In this document: in pieces, positions 12,571-26,112 of the stretch | How the letters are laid out: each line of letters opens with the position of its first letter | Position numbering within the stretch: position 1 is the stretch's first letter | Assembly (NCBI GenBank): GCA_951406725.2 | Contig: OX597814.1 | Location: forward strand, 27,342,001-27,406,000 | Direction of reading: 5' to 3' | Source of the DNA: Octopus vulgaris | Taxonomy: Eukaryota | DNA: 64,000 bases | Position numbers and translations under genes: made by a program | The notes under the pieces: generated by a model | Database searches by the model: none | Told to the model about the DNA's origin: nothing | What the model saw: the letters and a program-made list of their open reading frames with translations, nothing else

Positions 12571-13316
12571 TAAAGAGCTTAAGTAAGTAGATATCTCTGC
12601 CCACTCCTCACCCTTGACTAATTGTATCTAAAAAAAAATGTCAGAACAAGCATTTACAAGTGTGAATAACCAGAACATGGGGAAATAAAAGCTCTAATAA
12701 TTTCAAATATAATAAGATTTTCTTGTAACACTGTAACTAAGCAAAATCAATTTGAAAGACTTATTTGTTCTCACAAAAATATACAGAAATTCACTCAACT
12801 GGAAAATGCACATATGAGACACATACAATAGCTAACCAACTAAAACATGATGAATCTATTAACTAACAATTCATTTTATTATGCAAATCTTAAACTAGCT
12901 TTTTTTTCTTTCTTCAATTCACTTTTACAGTACATAGCTTAAAAACCATTTTTAATGTTTTCAACTTTTATTCCAAACATCCAAAAAACATTCATATCTT
13001 TTTGGTCCACCTCCCATTTGTATCTAATTTAAGCTTAATGACTGATTTCTTGCTAAAAAAAAAAACTATACATGATAAAGCTTGTCCCCTGCCCCTTCCT
13101 CACAATTCATTCATTCAAGGTTTAATAGTCAGACACTTATGTTAACATGTTCCTACATACAATAACTGACCAACTAAACTTATAGATGGTGAAGCTACAG
13201 AATTATTAGAGAAAGAGAAAAAAATACTTGTGGTATTTTGTATTGGCTCTTGACCAAGGTCAACCTTCTGTTCCATCTTTCCAGGTCAGTAAAATAAAGT
13301 ACTAGGGTCTATTTAA

Positions 13317-13537
13317 CCCTTTAGTGTTCGCATTATCCTACCAAAATTAATGCTTTTTCATCCATATTGCCTAGAACTAATCAGGCATTATCTTGTAGCT
13401 TTGAGATTTTGATGAGGTAGCTGTTCATTTTCAAGACGATATTGTAGGATTGGTGTGAAAGACCAGATCTGGCTAGTTTGAACATAAAACAGGCAGAATA
13501 CTTTTGTCCGAATATGGCCGGTTTAAATGCTAAAGGG
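13317..13537. mobile_element. piggyBac-type MITE
   Basis: TTAA-CCCTTTAG...CTAAAGGG-TTAA. Confidence 0.85.
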
Positions 13538-16500
13538 TTAATATTCTTATAGCTGTATCCTTAATGTAAATAAGGTGTATAATGAAAGATTATCATGGCC
13601 CACTGGATCCCATCTCAGCCACATCTAGTTTACAGAATTGCTTGTGTTGTCCCATCCCCAGTCAAGTTTTTCTTATATAACTATCATTTGATTCTCTTTA
13701 TTGATTCCTCTTCTCACACACACACTACTTCTTTCCATATACACATACAAACTCACACATACATATATATTACCGATGCATTAGTAACATTTGTTTTTGA
13801 AGTTATTCTATATACCAAGTGTAAGTTAAATAAAGAGAACTAGACGCTCAGGACAGTCATAGACAACTGTCATATTTACAACAATTAGGTGTATTTTATT
13901 ATTTTTTATCAATTAACACTTGCAGAACTGGCTTTAAAATCTATAGGTTTATCCTGTGATATATCATTGCTTCAAAACAAACACTAACATATCAGTAATT
14001 CAGATACTTGAACTAACCACAATGAACATGTGAATCAATTATATTATATAAATCAGTGTACCCTATTTAATATAGTTGCAAACAGTAGTAGCTATAAATA
14101 CAGTATTACTGTGGATGTAGAGAAGGGTACAATAACTGACAATGAAATCACAGCAATAACTGAAACTAGTTCAACTGATCCCTCTTTTTCTACCCACAAT
14201 TGTCCTGTGTAGCATGCAACACAGGTTTATTCTGAGGTATATCATAGCTTTGTTTGTTTGTGTGTGTGAATGTTACTACCACAACAAAATCGAGAGAATG
14301 GAAGAAAAAAAAAACCACCACCACCAATTTAGCAGCCCTTAATGTAATTTTTGACTTAATCTTTCCTTGAGAGCCAAGGAAATGTCTAGTTTATGTATGC
14401 AGTTACATGATCTGCTAAAAATAACAGTGTATTCTCTGTCAAATAATAAGGGTCACAATGCATAATATAGGCCGAGGTATACAATGTCTGAAAAAGAAAA
14501 CAGATGATAAGTCAGAATGCCTTTAATCACAGATCTGTTTGATCAGGGATAACTTGGAGTTAAACATCTTTCCTTACATAGTACCATTGTCAGGAATACA
14601 AATGGAAATGGTTTCCTCAGTGGAGGAGTTCTGACAGAATAGTGACCCAAATCTGTGGATGACTGGTAGAGAAGATGTTCTTTTAACTGGAATAAAATCC
14701 TTTATACTCTTCTTTTCTAGTATATAATAGGTCTTAGTGAGCATAGGTTTTCAAAAGGTGCACCTGAACTAACTAACCTCCAGTTGTGCTTATTACACAT
14801 AGTGGTGTGAGACAACACATTAGCCATGGTTTTTTCTAGTTCTTCCAACCAAAATATACTCAGGAAAACTAACAATAATAGGTCAATTACAAAAGAAATG
14901 TTAATTTTGTTGAACAATTTCTCTTCTTCTATCCAAGTAGCCTTCTGTTCAACACTGATGCAATTTAAGCCATGTATTCCTCTCATGGCTTCAAATCTTT
15001 CATCATCTATCTCTAACCCATCCTTGTTGTCTAAGCTATACCTGAAAAAGGTAGGGGGTATGTGTGTGTGTGTGTGTGTGTGTGCGTATGTGTTTGTCCT
15101 ACCTCTCTACCATTCACCTCTCGCACCTGGGAGATCAGCAACAAAGACTTCCAGTTACCCTGGTTCAAAAACTCTTCCTCTGAATTAATCAGCTTTCACT
15201 ACAACATTCCAAACACCACCCACCAGCTGCTATTCAACACTCTCTTCCTATATTAAGGGCACCTATTCTAACTCACCTCTTTCTCTGATTTTGTTGTTAT
15301 TGTACCATGATCAAACAAACCTAATCAAAGGCAATCCCATCTTCCTTTCAATAATAATGCTTCTATAAGCACATTATCCAATGTCCTTTAAAGTGACTGT
15401 GATTTTAAAGATGTGACTCCTATTCTAGCAAATCTCAGTTTTGTCAATGCATACAATTCTTCTCCCACACCTTGATAACTAGAAGAGGTAAAAATCATTT
15501 GCTATTCTGAACTATCTGCACAAGTAGGCATCCTTACCTGTATCTTGTCCTGACCAACAAATTGAAACCCCCATCCTCTTAGGTACTGGCCCTCCACACC
15601 TAACTAAAACTCAAAACTTATAAACTCCCAAGTGGTTCATACTTAGCTAGTTTGGAGTAACACAAGTACAAGGAAGATTTTTTTTTATAAAACCTTGAGA
15701 AAGGCAACCATTACTAATTACTTCAGGACAATTATAAAGAAAGTCAAAGAAAGTACTCAATTATTGCATGCCCCACAAGCTCTTGCACCTCTCAAATTGG
15801 AACCAAGCATTCTAGTGCTGCGCCAAGAATGTCTATGCAAAATTTACAGAACCCACCAAATATCTACTCCTCCTAAACAAACATTTATGCATTACATTTC
15901 CTGCTGAACAATGAAACTCATTTCAGTCTACTTTTCTCCGTCTATCTCCTCACTACTTGCACAAAGTTCAGTGACAAGGTTTAAAACTTTATTCAAAACA
16001 ACACAATCAAACTAATCCTGGTAGTGTTTTCCCTTTCTCTCTTTCTCACTACCCTCCTCTTTTCTAAATCTCTCCTTTGAATCTACATTGTTGCAGTCGA
16101 TGCTACGAGGTCGTGGTGGCTGTTATAAACACACATTCTATGGGATTGAGAGCCACAGGTGTATGGAGACCACTCCCAGCTTCTTGCATCACTGCATTAA
16201 ATGTGTTTGGAGAAAAACATCGCTGTTAGTAACAAAATGCGAGGAAGGTGGCTGTGGGATGTCTTAGAAATAGCTAAAGTTACAATCTTTCATCTGGAAA
16301 TTAGTTAGAAACTATAAAACAAATTGCGGGTTCAGACAGTCCAAATTTTCCAAGAGTGGAAATTTTAGGATTTATGGAGAGGGGATAAAAAATTGGCGGA
16401 CGTCAGAGATAGTAGCTCACATAAGTGGGAAATTCCACCAAACTTTTCAACTTTTCTTAACAGGGATCTATTCCATTTTATGGAAATATGTTACAGTATT

Positions 16501-16706
16501 CCCATTTTAAAGAACCTGCCAAAAACAGACTTATCATTCTCACTTCCAGTATCTCAAGACCCTCTCTAGTTTTCATGGCTATAAGTAGTTTCCATAAAGC
16601 TGAATCTACTTGCTTCCTGATGTGTGACACATTCACTAGTGGTCTCCTTCTTTTGAGAACATCCATAAAAAGAAGACTGTTAGCCTTAACATCAGCAAAG
16701 CCTTAA

Positions 16707-16921
16707 CCCTTTCGTTACTAACCCGGCCAAAACCGGCTCTGTAGTACAAATGTCTTGTTTTCTTAAGTTTTGCATCAAAATATACCACCAAACCTTAGTT
16801 GCAATTTATATTCCTAACACTAGCTTAATGATAACTAAGTTATTTTACTAAATTCTTTGTTATGTTTAAAATAATTGAAAGAAACACAGAGCATCTCAAA
16901 ATAAATACGGTAACGAAAGGG
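16707..16921. mobile_element. piggyBac-type MITE
   Basis: TTAA-CCCTTTCGTTAC...GTAACGAAAGGG-TTAA, perfect 12-bp TIR. Confidence 0.9.
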
Positions 16922-17419
16922 TTAACCCATATATACCCATAAAAAAAAATGAAGTCTTAATATTTCATTGTATTTAAACGTTATGGTAAGCTTTCATAAT
17001 CTGGAAGAGAAGGACAGTATGCAACTGTTAGCTACGGGTGTCAACACCCTACTGAACATTTCGTATGCTCAGTCAGTTGCTTCCTGGCGAGTTCATGTCC
17101 AAACAAATAGGAGCAATGCAACCAAGAGTATATATCGCTAAAAATTATGTCAAGTATGAAAACCTCCCAGCAAAGTTACCATATATGGGTTCCATTGACA
17201 TCTTATCATATATTTATTTATTTATATCACAATTTAAGAATAATAGCAACATTGTTAACTACATTTTGGATGGCAAAAGCGACAAGGCAGTGTCTGTAAC
17301 TTTCTTTTCACAAAGAACTTGATTTGAAGAGCACTGGTTTTCAATGAAGTTTACATTATTTAGTGGTAAGAATTAGGAAAGGATATAAAATAACACACAT
17401 GCGTGTTCGTACACATACA

Positions 17420-18287
17420 TTGTTGTGTGATTAAAAGATTCGCTACCTAACCACATGTTTTGGGGTTCAGCCCTACTGTGTGGCACTTTGGGCAAGTGTC
17501 TTCAGCTACAGCCCCAGCAAACCAAAGCTTTTCAAGTGAATTTAACAGAGAAAAACTGAAAGAAGTCTGGCAATGCATATGTGTTTGTGTATATATAAAT
17601 ACATATATATATATGCATATACACATTATACATTCACACACACACACACATATGCATATACACATTATACATTCACACACACACACACATGCATATACAC
17701 ATTATACATTCACACACACACACATATACACATTATACATTCACACACACACACATATACACATTATACATTCACACACACATATACACATTATACATTC
17801 ACACACACACACACACATATACACATTATACATTCACACACACACACACATATACACATTATACATTCACACACACACACATACACATTACATTCACACA
17901 CACACATATACACATTATACATTCACACACACACACACACATACACATTATACACACACACACACACACATATACACATTATACATTCACACACACACAC
18001 ACACATATACACATTATACATTCACACACACATATACACATTATACATTCACACACACACTATACATTCACACACACACACACACATTATACATTCACAC
18101 ACACACACACACACACTATACATACACACACACACACACACTATACATTCACACACACACACACACACACACACTATACATTCACACACACACACACTAT
18201 ACATTCACACACACACACACACTATACATTACACACACACACACACACACACACTATACATTCACACACACACACACACACACTACA

Positions 18288-18322
<35 letters not shown>

Positions 18323-18328
18323 TACATT

Positions 18329-18382
<54 letters not shown>

Positions 18383-18400
18383 TATATATGCACACAAACA
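17420..18400 (+). repeat. 5' half of a family B SINE whose linker expanded into a ~750-bp CA-rich minisatellite
   Basis: SINE head/core 17420-17570, then units of TATACATT(CA)n, then (TA)n; explains the long His/Thr/Ile/Tyr ORFs. Confidence 0.9.
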
Positions 18401-18837
18401 TACATATATAGGTAAAAACCCATCTATAAAATGGAAAATCCACTATTTAAAGTAAAGTACTCAATAATATAATGTAGAGTGAAAATATTCGTTTATTCAG
18501 ATGATGGCACTTAAGTTGGTGGCCTACACTTATTGCTGTCACGATCTTCAATAGGATAGCATCAAAGGCAGCTTTGAAGTCGGAGCTGAAGGGTTAAGAA
18601 GTGCACATGATATTGTTTTACATTTGCAGCATGTACACTCTGTATATGCGATGGTGGTGACACGTATCTGCGCCTACAAAATTTGATGTAATACTGGAGT
18701 CGTGTCAGTCATCATCATCATCATCGTTTAAAGTCCGCCTTCCATGCTAGCATCTGTTATTAAATACAACTCCAAGTAAATGTATTGAGTGCTACTTTCT
18801 TTCGTTTATCCATCTACTCTCGTGTGTATAAAACTGT

Positions 18838-19327
18838 TATTTGCTTCAGTTATTAGACTGCGGCCAGGCTGTAGTTAGCGCCTTGAAAAACTATTAGTCG
18901 AACGAATCAACTACAGTACTTTTTTTTTTCTTTTTTTTAAGCCTGGCACTTATTCTATCTCTTTGCCGAACCGCTAAGTTACGGGGACGTAAACACACCA
19001 ACACCGGTTGTCAACAGAGAGCGAGAGAGTTAGCGGTTATAGTAACCGACTAAGGGATAAAATATCCGTATATACTATCGGTATCCGTTACCTGTATTAT
19101 CCCCGGGCATTGGTGTGCAGGGACACCATATACATCGAGTGCAGGTAACAACAGGATAAACAAGAGTTTATCAGGTACCAATGCAATTAATTTTCTAGTA
19201 TACGACGAACTTCTTTCTGTTTCCGTTTACCAAATCCACTGAAGGCTTTCCCCGGCCCGAGGCTACAGAAGACATTTGCTCAAAGTGCCACGCAGTGGGA
19301 CTGAACCCTGAACCATATGGTTGGGAG
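18838..19327 (-). mobile_element. Family B SINE with a ~170-bp foreign segment at 19030-19199
   Basis: Family B tail 18838-19015 and core/head 19200-19327. Confidence 0.8.
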
Positions 19328-19389
19328 AAAAAACGAAAGAGACACTCAACGGATTTAGTAGGAGTTATATTATTATTTAAAACAGTTAA

Positions 19390-19807
19390 AGCGGCGAGCT
19401 GGCAGAAACGTTAGCACGCCGGACGAAATGCGTAGCCGTTACGTTCTAAGTTCAAATTCCGCCGAGGTCGACTTTGCCTTTCATCCTTTCGGGGTCGATT
19501 AAATAAGTACCAGTTACGCACTGGTGTTGATATAATCGACTTAATCCGTTTGTCTGTCCTCTCTGTGTTTAGCCCCTTGTGGGTAGTAAAGAAATAATTA
19601 TTATTTAAAACAGTTAAGGCGGCCAGCTGGCAGAAACATTAGCATGCCGGGCGAAATGCTTAGCTGAGTTCAAATTCCGCCGAGGTCGACTTTGCCTTTC
19701 ATCCTTTCGGAGTCGATAAATTAAGTACCACATGCGTACTGGAGTCGATCTAATCGACTGCCCCCCCTCCTCCAAAATTTCGGGCCTTGTGCCTAGAGTA
19801 GAAAAGA
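19390..19807 (+). mobile_element. Two adjacent family C SINEs with different 3' tails
   Basis: Heads GCGGCSAGCTGGCAGAAAC at ~19391 and ~19619; TTATTTAAAACAGTT occurs before, between and after them. Confidence 0.9.
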
Positions 19808-20557
19808 TTATTTAAAACAGTTTATTCGTGTATGTACCACACACGTGTATAGACAGATAGAGCATGAAGTGTTACATACTTATGCATATTTGTTATATTT
19901 AGTAAATTCTTACACAACAGAATATAAACCACTTCATAAAGTATTTGGACTACATAGTGTATGTACTAATTTGTATGCGCTGTGTATGTGAGAGAGAGAG
20001 AGGTGTATGAAGAGATGTATGTCACTGTACTCTTAAAAGTATTCAAGTTTCGTATACATTTGTCTCCACCCCATTCCAACATGCTAAAACGGTCATTGAA
20101 ATTTGCGTGTGCGCGGGCGAGTGTATATATAAATAAGTATATATATGTATATATATACACACACACACACACAAAACAACTACTTCACAGAAGACTTTTT
20201 AATCCACACATATTTGAATCGGATCGTTCTTTTGAGAGAAAGAGAAATCAGCAGTTAGAATCGTGTATTCGTTCGTTCGTTCGTTCGTAAATGTTCCGAT
20301 GACACACGCACCAAATATGCACCGGCCCGCCATCGCATCCCCAGTCACCTCCACCCTTGTACATCTCGGGAGGTGTGGAGGTACACGCATGCGAGCACGG
20401 TCACGTACGCAACCATGCACGCGTATTAACGAAGCACACTCACACGCATCACTACACAAACAGATAATCACGCGCAGACATGTACACACAAACACACACA
20501 TAAGCAGATGTATTGCTTGGACACAGGGCGAACACGTACAAGCGTGTATATGTATAT

Positions 20558-20589
<32 letters not shown>

Positions 20590-22131
20590 TAGTGAAGAGC
20601 AGACATACACATGCAGTAGACAAGCACGTGTGTATCTATATACAAGGTCATACATGAGTGCATACACATGAATACAATATTCACTCACGCAAAAAAGAAA
20701 CGAGCGTAGCTACATATACCTGAAGTAAAAAAAAAAATGTTATTTATCGTTGGCAAACACACAATTGAGCAGATATGCTCACACACATAAGCATACAACA
20801 TTATAAACAACGGATATATAATGTATCTGACAGGGTACATAAACATACGAGTACACGCGTATATATACATTCATCGACACCCATATATATAAAACAAATA
20901 ACCATATGTATGGAGAGAAGTAAATATACATAAACAAACTCGGTACGAAAGACGTACACTAGCACTATAAAACAGAAAGAAGACACAAGTTACACATGCA
21001 TTCAAACATATATATATATACAGACTCGTAAAGGCAACGGCAACATACTGCACATTTACATGCAGACACTCACATACAAAACATATACGAGACACGAATT
21101 TACGCAACTTCGTATGAATGGATGAGTACATGTATATATATATGTGTGAACGTATTTAAATATATGTACATTTATAAAAAAGATTGTGCATGTCTGTAAA
21201 TATGAATGAATGAGTAAATGTGTTTGTGGTTATGTATGTATCGCGCCTGTCTTATATACATGTGTTTGAGTATGTGTGCATTCAGATATATATGCGTGTA
21301 TGGGAAGTACGGCTGCTGCTTCAACCATCACCGAGTACAGTTCACGTAAGAAAACTAGAAGACGAAAACATGCACTTAAAATCATCTTAGTCCGGGTAAA
21401 GCTGAGAGTATCAGTCTGCGTGCATCAGCCAAGCAAAACTGCGATCTATCTTAGGCATAATGTACACGGAAGCTAATTGCACAAGTTCGTGTTCTGACAA
21501 AAACTAGACAATCAAAATTGCCACTAACCCTAACTATCAATTTGTATTTTCATATCTATATTTATTTATATTAAAAAAACTGATAAATAGAACAAACATC
21601 ACCACTGTTGTTAGAGTAGAATTGGAGCGTATGCACGACTGTTTTCCGATTCCTGGATACAACCATTATTTTTCTTCATATGTCAGTATAAATGCATTAA
21701 GGGAAACGCTTCACATTCACAACATCCATTCTCGATACTCTTTAAAATCCGAAGCGTTGTGATCCCTTTAAGAAATATCATAACAAGTGCCTATCATCTA
21801 GACTGGAAAACATTTTATTCCACCAACGACGAGATATAAACATATCACATCTCCCAAACGAACTTGCTCTAAACATTTCCAATGCTATGTCGACAAACTC
21901 AAATAGACAACACTCCTCTAAATCTGAGACCTTATTAACACCAGATCGATTTTGCTTTGCCTCCTTTCAGGCTCAATAAATAAAAAAAAGGTACCACTGT
22001 CCCTCTGTTGGCAGAATTGTTAGAAAGATATAAAATATCTAGTATTTAGTTACAGCTCTTTACTATTTAGGTTCAAATTCAGTCGAGGATGACTTTGCCT
22101 TTTATCGCTCCGAGGATGGCTATACTCGGTG

Positions 22132-22384
22132 CAATCGTTCTAAACCGGGGTCACTATGGCCCTTGAGTGTCCATATAAGAGTCTGCTGTTAACATTTATC
22201 TGCAATAAACTGGTTATATTTCTATAATACACATTTTCTTTTTTTAATTTACACAATTCCTAATAATAATATTTAATCATAAAAATATAACAGGAGTTTT
22301 TTTTGACATCGCATGGCTTTGAGGGCCCCCTGAATAAAGAGGAACAAAAGGAGTGCATAGGCAAAAAATGGATGAGAAACGCTG
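22132..22384. mobile_element. Decayed hAT (Charlie-like) MITE
   Basis: Ends CAATCGTTCTAAACC...GGATGAGAAACGCTG resemble CAGYGGTTCTCAACC-type TIRs; TSD not evident. Confidence 0.45.
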
Positions 22385-23286
22385 GACTAGAGTCATTTTA
22401 CGTCCTGGGCTTATGTCGCGCCGTAATCTACTTAATCCTTTGGGGATGATAAAAAAAAAGTAATTGAATACTGGCTATATTTAATTGACTACATTCATGC
22501 ACAATATGTGTGACTTTGTGCCACAGTTGGAGAAACTCTATACAATGTTTTTATTTCGTGTTGCTTTTTTTACTTTAATGAGTTCAAATCTCACTGCAGT
22601 CAACTATACTTTTCTTTACCACCAGACTGATATAATAAATATCAGTTAGTCCCATACTGTGGTCAATTCATTCGACTTTATCCATGATCTATTCACCGTG
22701 CTCTCTCTCTCTCTCTCTGTTCTACCATAAAATCCACACGAAACTGACTTTTGTCTTTCAGATATTCGTCTGAGTGTTGGCTAAATAATTATCGTCAAGA
22801 CTTAGAGAATAACTTTCACTATCTCATGGACAAGCAGAAAGACAAGAAACTGTGGGTTAAAAAATATTAAAACATTAATTTGGGAGGGGAGAGGGGGACA
22901 TATTTAAACATTGAAATTTTGGGGAAAAAATAAACATTTTTTAAGAATCGAATTTCCTGTTGGATGAAACGGAGGAATACTAAAAAGAAATATAAATGAA
23001 GAAAAACAACTCCCAATTTCTTGCCCTTTTTCCTTTCCCCTATTCTCGTAAAATGCATGTAGCAATAAAGTCCATTTACATTTTTTTAGCACACACATAA
23101 GCACACGCACGAAAAAAGTTTTGGACTCAAATATTCATCATCACACTGGACAAAATACTTAACGCCTTTTCGTCCCTCATTACATTCTGAGTTCAAATTC
23201 CGTCGAGATTGACTTTGCCTTTCATCCTTTCGAGATCGACGAAATACGTACCAGTCAAGGAATGAAATTGTTTGTAATCGACTTGC

Positions 23287-23563
23287 GGCATTCTTTCGAT
23301 ATAACTCGACAAAATCAAAACACTTCACATCGGGTATTTTCCGTGGAAGCAAATGACAGTTCGATTCAGTTTTCTGCTTGGAAATTTGCGGATTTTACAT
23401 ACACACATGAAACAAGTTAAGAACAAATATGGAAGGCTTTTTTTCCTTCAAGTTTAAAACGAGACATTGCTGGCATAATTTCGTTATATCCTATACTCCA
23501 CAACCCACGGAAATACCCAAAGTGAAATGTCTCGATCTTGTCGAGCTATATCGAAGGAATGCC
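23287..23563. mobile_element. MITE with ~60-bp GG-starting TIRs and 8-bp TSD (Merlin-like), inserted in a family C SINE
   Basis: GGCATTCTTTCGATATAACTCGAC.../...GTCGAGCTATATCGAAGGAATGCC; TSD CGACTTGC on both sides. Confidence 0.85.
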
Positions 23564-25175
23564 CGACTTGCCTCTCCCCTCAAAAACTGCTGACCCTGTG
23601 CCAACATTTCAAACCATATTTTGTACCTTAAAACACGTAGAGTTCAAATAGTCATTGAGGTCGTCTGTACAGTTAATTGAGGTTGACTTTGCACTTAAAC
23701 CTTGTAGAATCGAGAGAAAAATGTATAAGTCATGTACTAGAGATTCATTCATTCAGCTAATTGGTGTAGTGCCAATATACAAAAAAAATTACTGTTTTTA
23801 TAGCCACAAAAAGTCTTTCGTGACAGATTACATAAAGATGGGGTGACAGAAGTAGCGGCATTTCGGTTTTCTCTAAAAAAATTAATAAATAAAATGTCAG
23901 ATTTGTATTGACATCAAAGCAATAATAAATATTTAATATTAATTTACTTATAAGCTGAGTGAGAGAAGGAAGGGCAGCGTTTGTGATTTTTTTTTAATTA
24001 TAAGGACACCCGAAGCTGGTGCAAAAGGAAGAACGGAAATTTATTTTCAATCCACAGACAGGGTTCCAAAGAATTGGAACAGAGAGAAGGTCAAACTTGA
24101 CCTCTATGGGATTTGAACTCAAAGTGCAATCGAAATATCACAAGGCAAAAATTGTCCAATGCGCCAATAGTTCTACCAATTTGCAACCACACGGACAGAA
24201 ATAACACAAATATGACAACAGAGTATAAATAATCAACAGACTAAAATATACACACCCTCTCCCCACCAATTACGAATATGTTTATAAATATAAAATGGGA
24301 TGCACAGCCATTCAGAAGATTGGTGTAATAATTATTAACATCAACACGAAGCTACAGAATTGGAAAGAAAAAAACAATCAGCCGATTAAATCAACGTATT
24401 TTAATTGTTACATTCTTTATTTTATCGACCTCAGAAAGATTTGAACACAAAACGGAAAGAACCTGCATAAACTTTAGTCCGATGTCCTACCACTCCTGCT
24501 ATCCATCAATATGATAATGAGAAGTCACAGTAATAATAGTTTCTAAAGGTTACAGACATAATTTCTAAAAGTTTTCTTTTATTTGCTAGAGCAATTAGAC
24601 ATTACGGGTACAAAAACAATGGTTGTTAGCGAATCGATTATATATATATTATTATTATTATTATATATATAATGAAAAATGAAAGCAATTCGCGAGTGTG
24701 TATAAATAAAATAAGCATGACTTCAAGGCCAAAAATGTTTAGGAAAAGGGCTGTAGTTATTTTAATGGAGCCCTGTAGTTGAATGGAACTTATCTGACTG
24801 AAACCCCAGAAGAATAATGACGATAATAACTCTGCTTGGCATTCGGCCAGAAAAATATCGTGGGATGTAAACACATACAAACATATATATATATACCTAT
24901 ATTTGTGCATACACACACGTGTCTATCTGAGTGTGTTTGTGAATAACAGAAACACACACACACACACACGAGTAAAAGACAATACACAAAAACGGATCAA
25001 AGTATTTAGGTGTCTATACACTTTGACATCTTTTACTTCGAAAACACCACATTCATATATATATATATATAATCAATAATAAAGGGTGAAATTAATTAAT
25101 TTAGAAATAATCATTAATTTCACCAAGTAGAGTTCGGCATGTAAAAGCCCCCCATTCAAGGAAGGTTTAAGTAAT

Positions 25176-25405
25176 ACTAAGTAATTAAGGGTTTAGCAAC
25201 GATTTGCCTCACCACACACCGAATTTAGAAATAGCAGTCAAAAAGTTTTGGCTATTCTTTCTACTTAAAAGGGAGATCCCAGTAAAGTGCTGTGGTTTTA
25301 CTGGGATCTCCCTTTTAAGTAGAAAGAATAGCCAAAACTTTTTGACTGCTATTTCTAAATTCGGTGTGTGGTGAGGCAAATCGTTGCTAAACCCTTAATT
25401 ACTTA

Positions 25406-25407
<2 letters not shown>
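25176..25407. repeat. Perfect inverted repeat, 111-bp arms with a 10-nt loop
   Basis: 25176-25286 is the exact reverse complement of 25297-25407; the locus is embedded between (TA)n tracts. Confidence 0.97.
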
Positions 25408-25450
<43 letters not shown>

Positions 25451-25858
25451 CAGACACACTAAGGTTTTAAGTTATTTTCTTGTGTATATATGCGCACACA
25501 TGTACATATTGTATATTTTATATATTGTTAACCTTATTTCATTATACATATAATCCATGCTTCATAATTCTGCTTGACACATTCGAACGTATCATCTGAT
25601 CGTTGCGATTCACGGACGAATCTGCCAGAACATATTAAGAATGAATAAAGTATCTATTCTATTGTTTAGATTATCGCTGTCCTGCGTACACCCCAAAAAT
25701 TGTATGTAAATATATTTTATATATATATAGGTCTATTTTATAGACACGTAAATTTGTATATATTATATATCATATTTATAACTTATTGTACATATTTACA
25801 TATATTTTATAGAATTTTATATATACAAATACAGATGTATATCTTACATATACACACA

Positions 25859-25892
<34 letters not shown>

Positions 25893-26079
25893 CACACACA
25901 CAAATATACATTAATACTCTAATATACACATTTACACGCACACGTTATATTGCAAATCATATTGTGTGTGTGTGTGTGTTAAGATCATACAACATATTTA
26001 TGTGTATACGTGTGTAAAATATACAGTTTATCTACATTATATAAATTATACTTCATATACGTATATAATTGAGTGTGTA

Positions 26080-26112
<33 letters not shown>

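Noticed and set aside
17460-18455. Longest ORFs in the track (331, 280 and 240 aa; His/Thr/Ile/Tyr-rich)
   Set aside because: Translations of a CA/TA minisatellite that is open in all three frames
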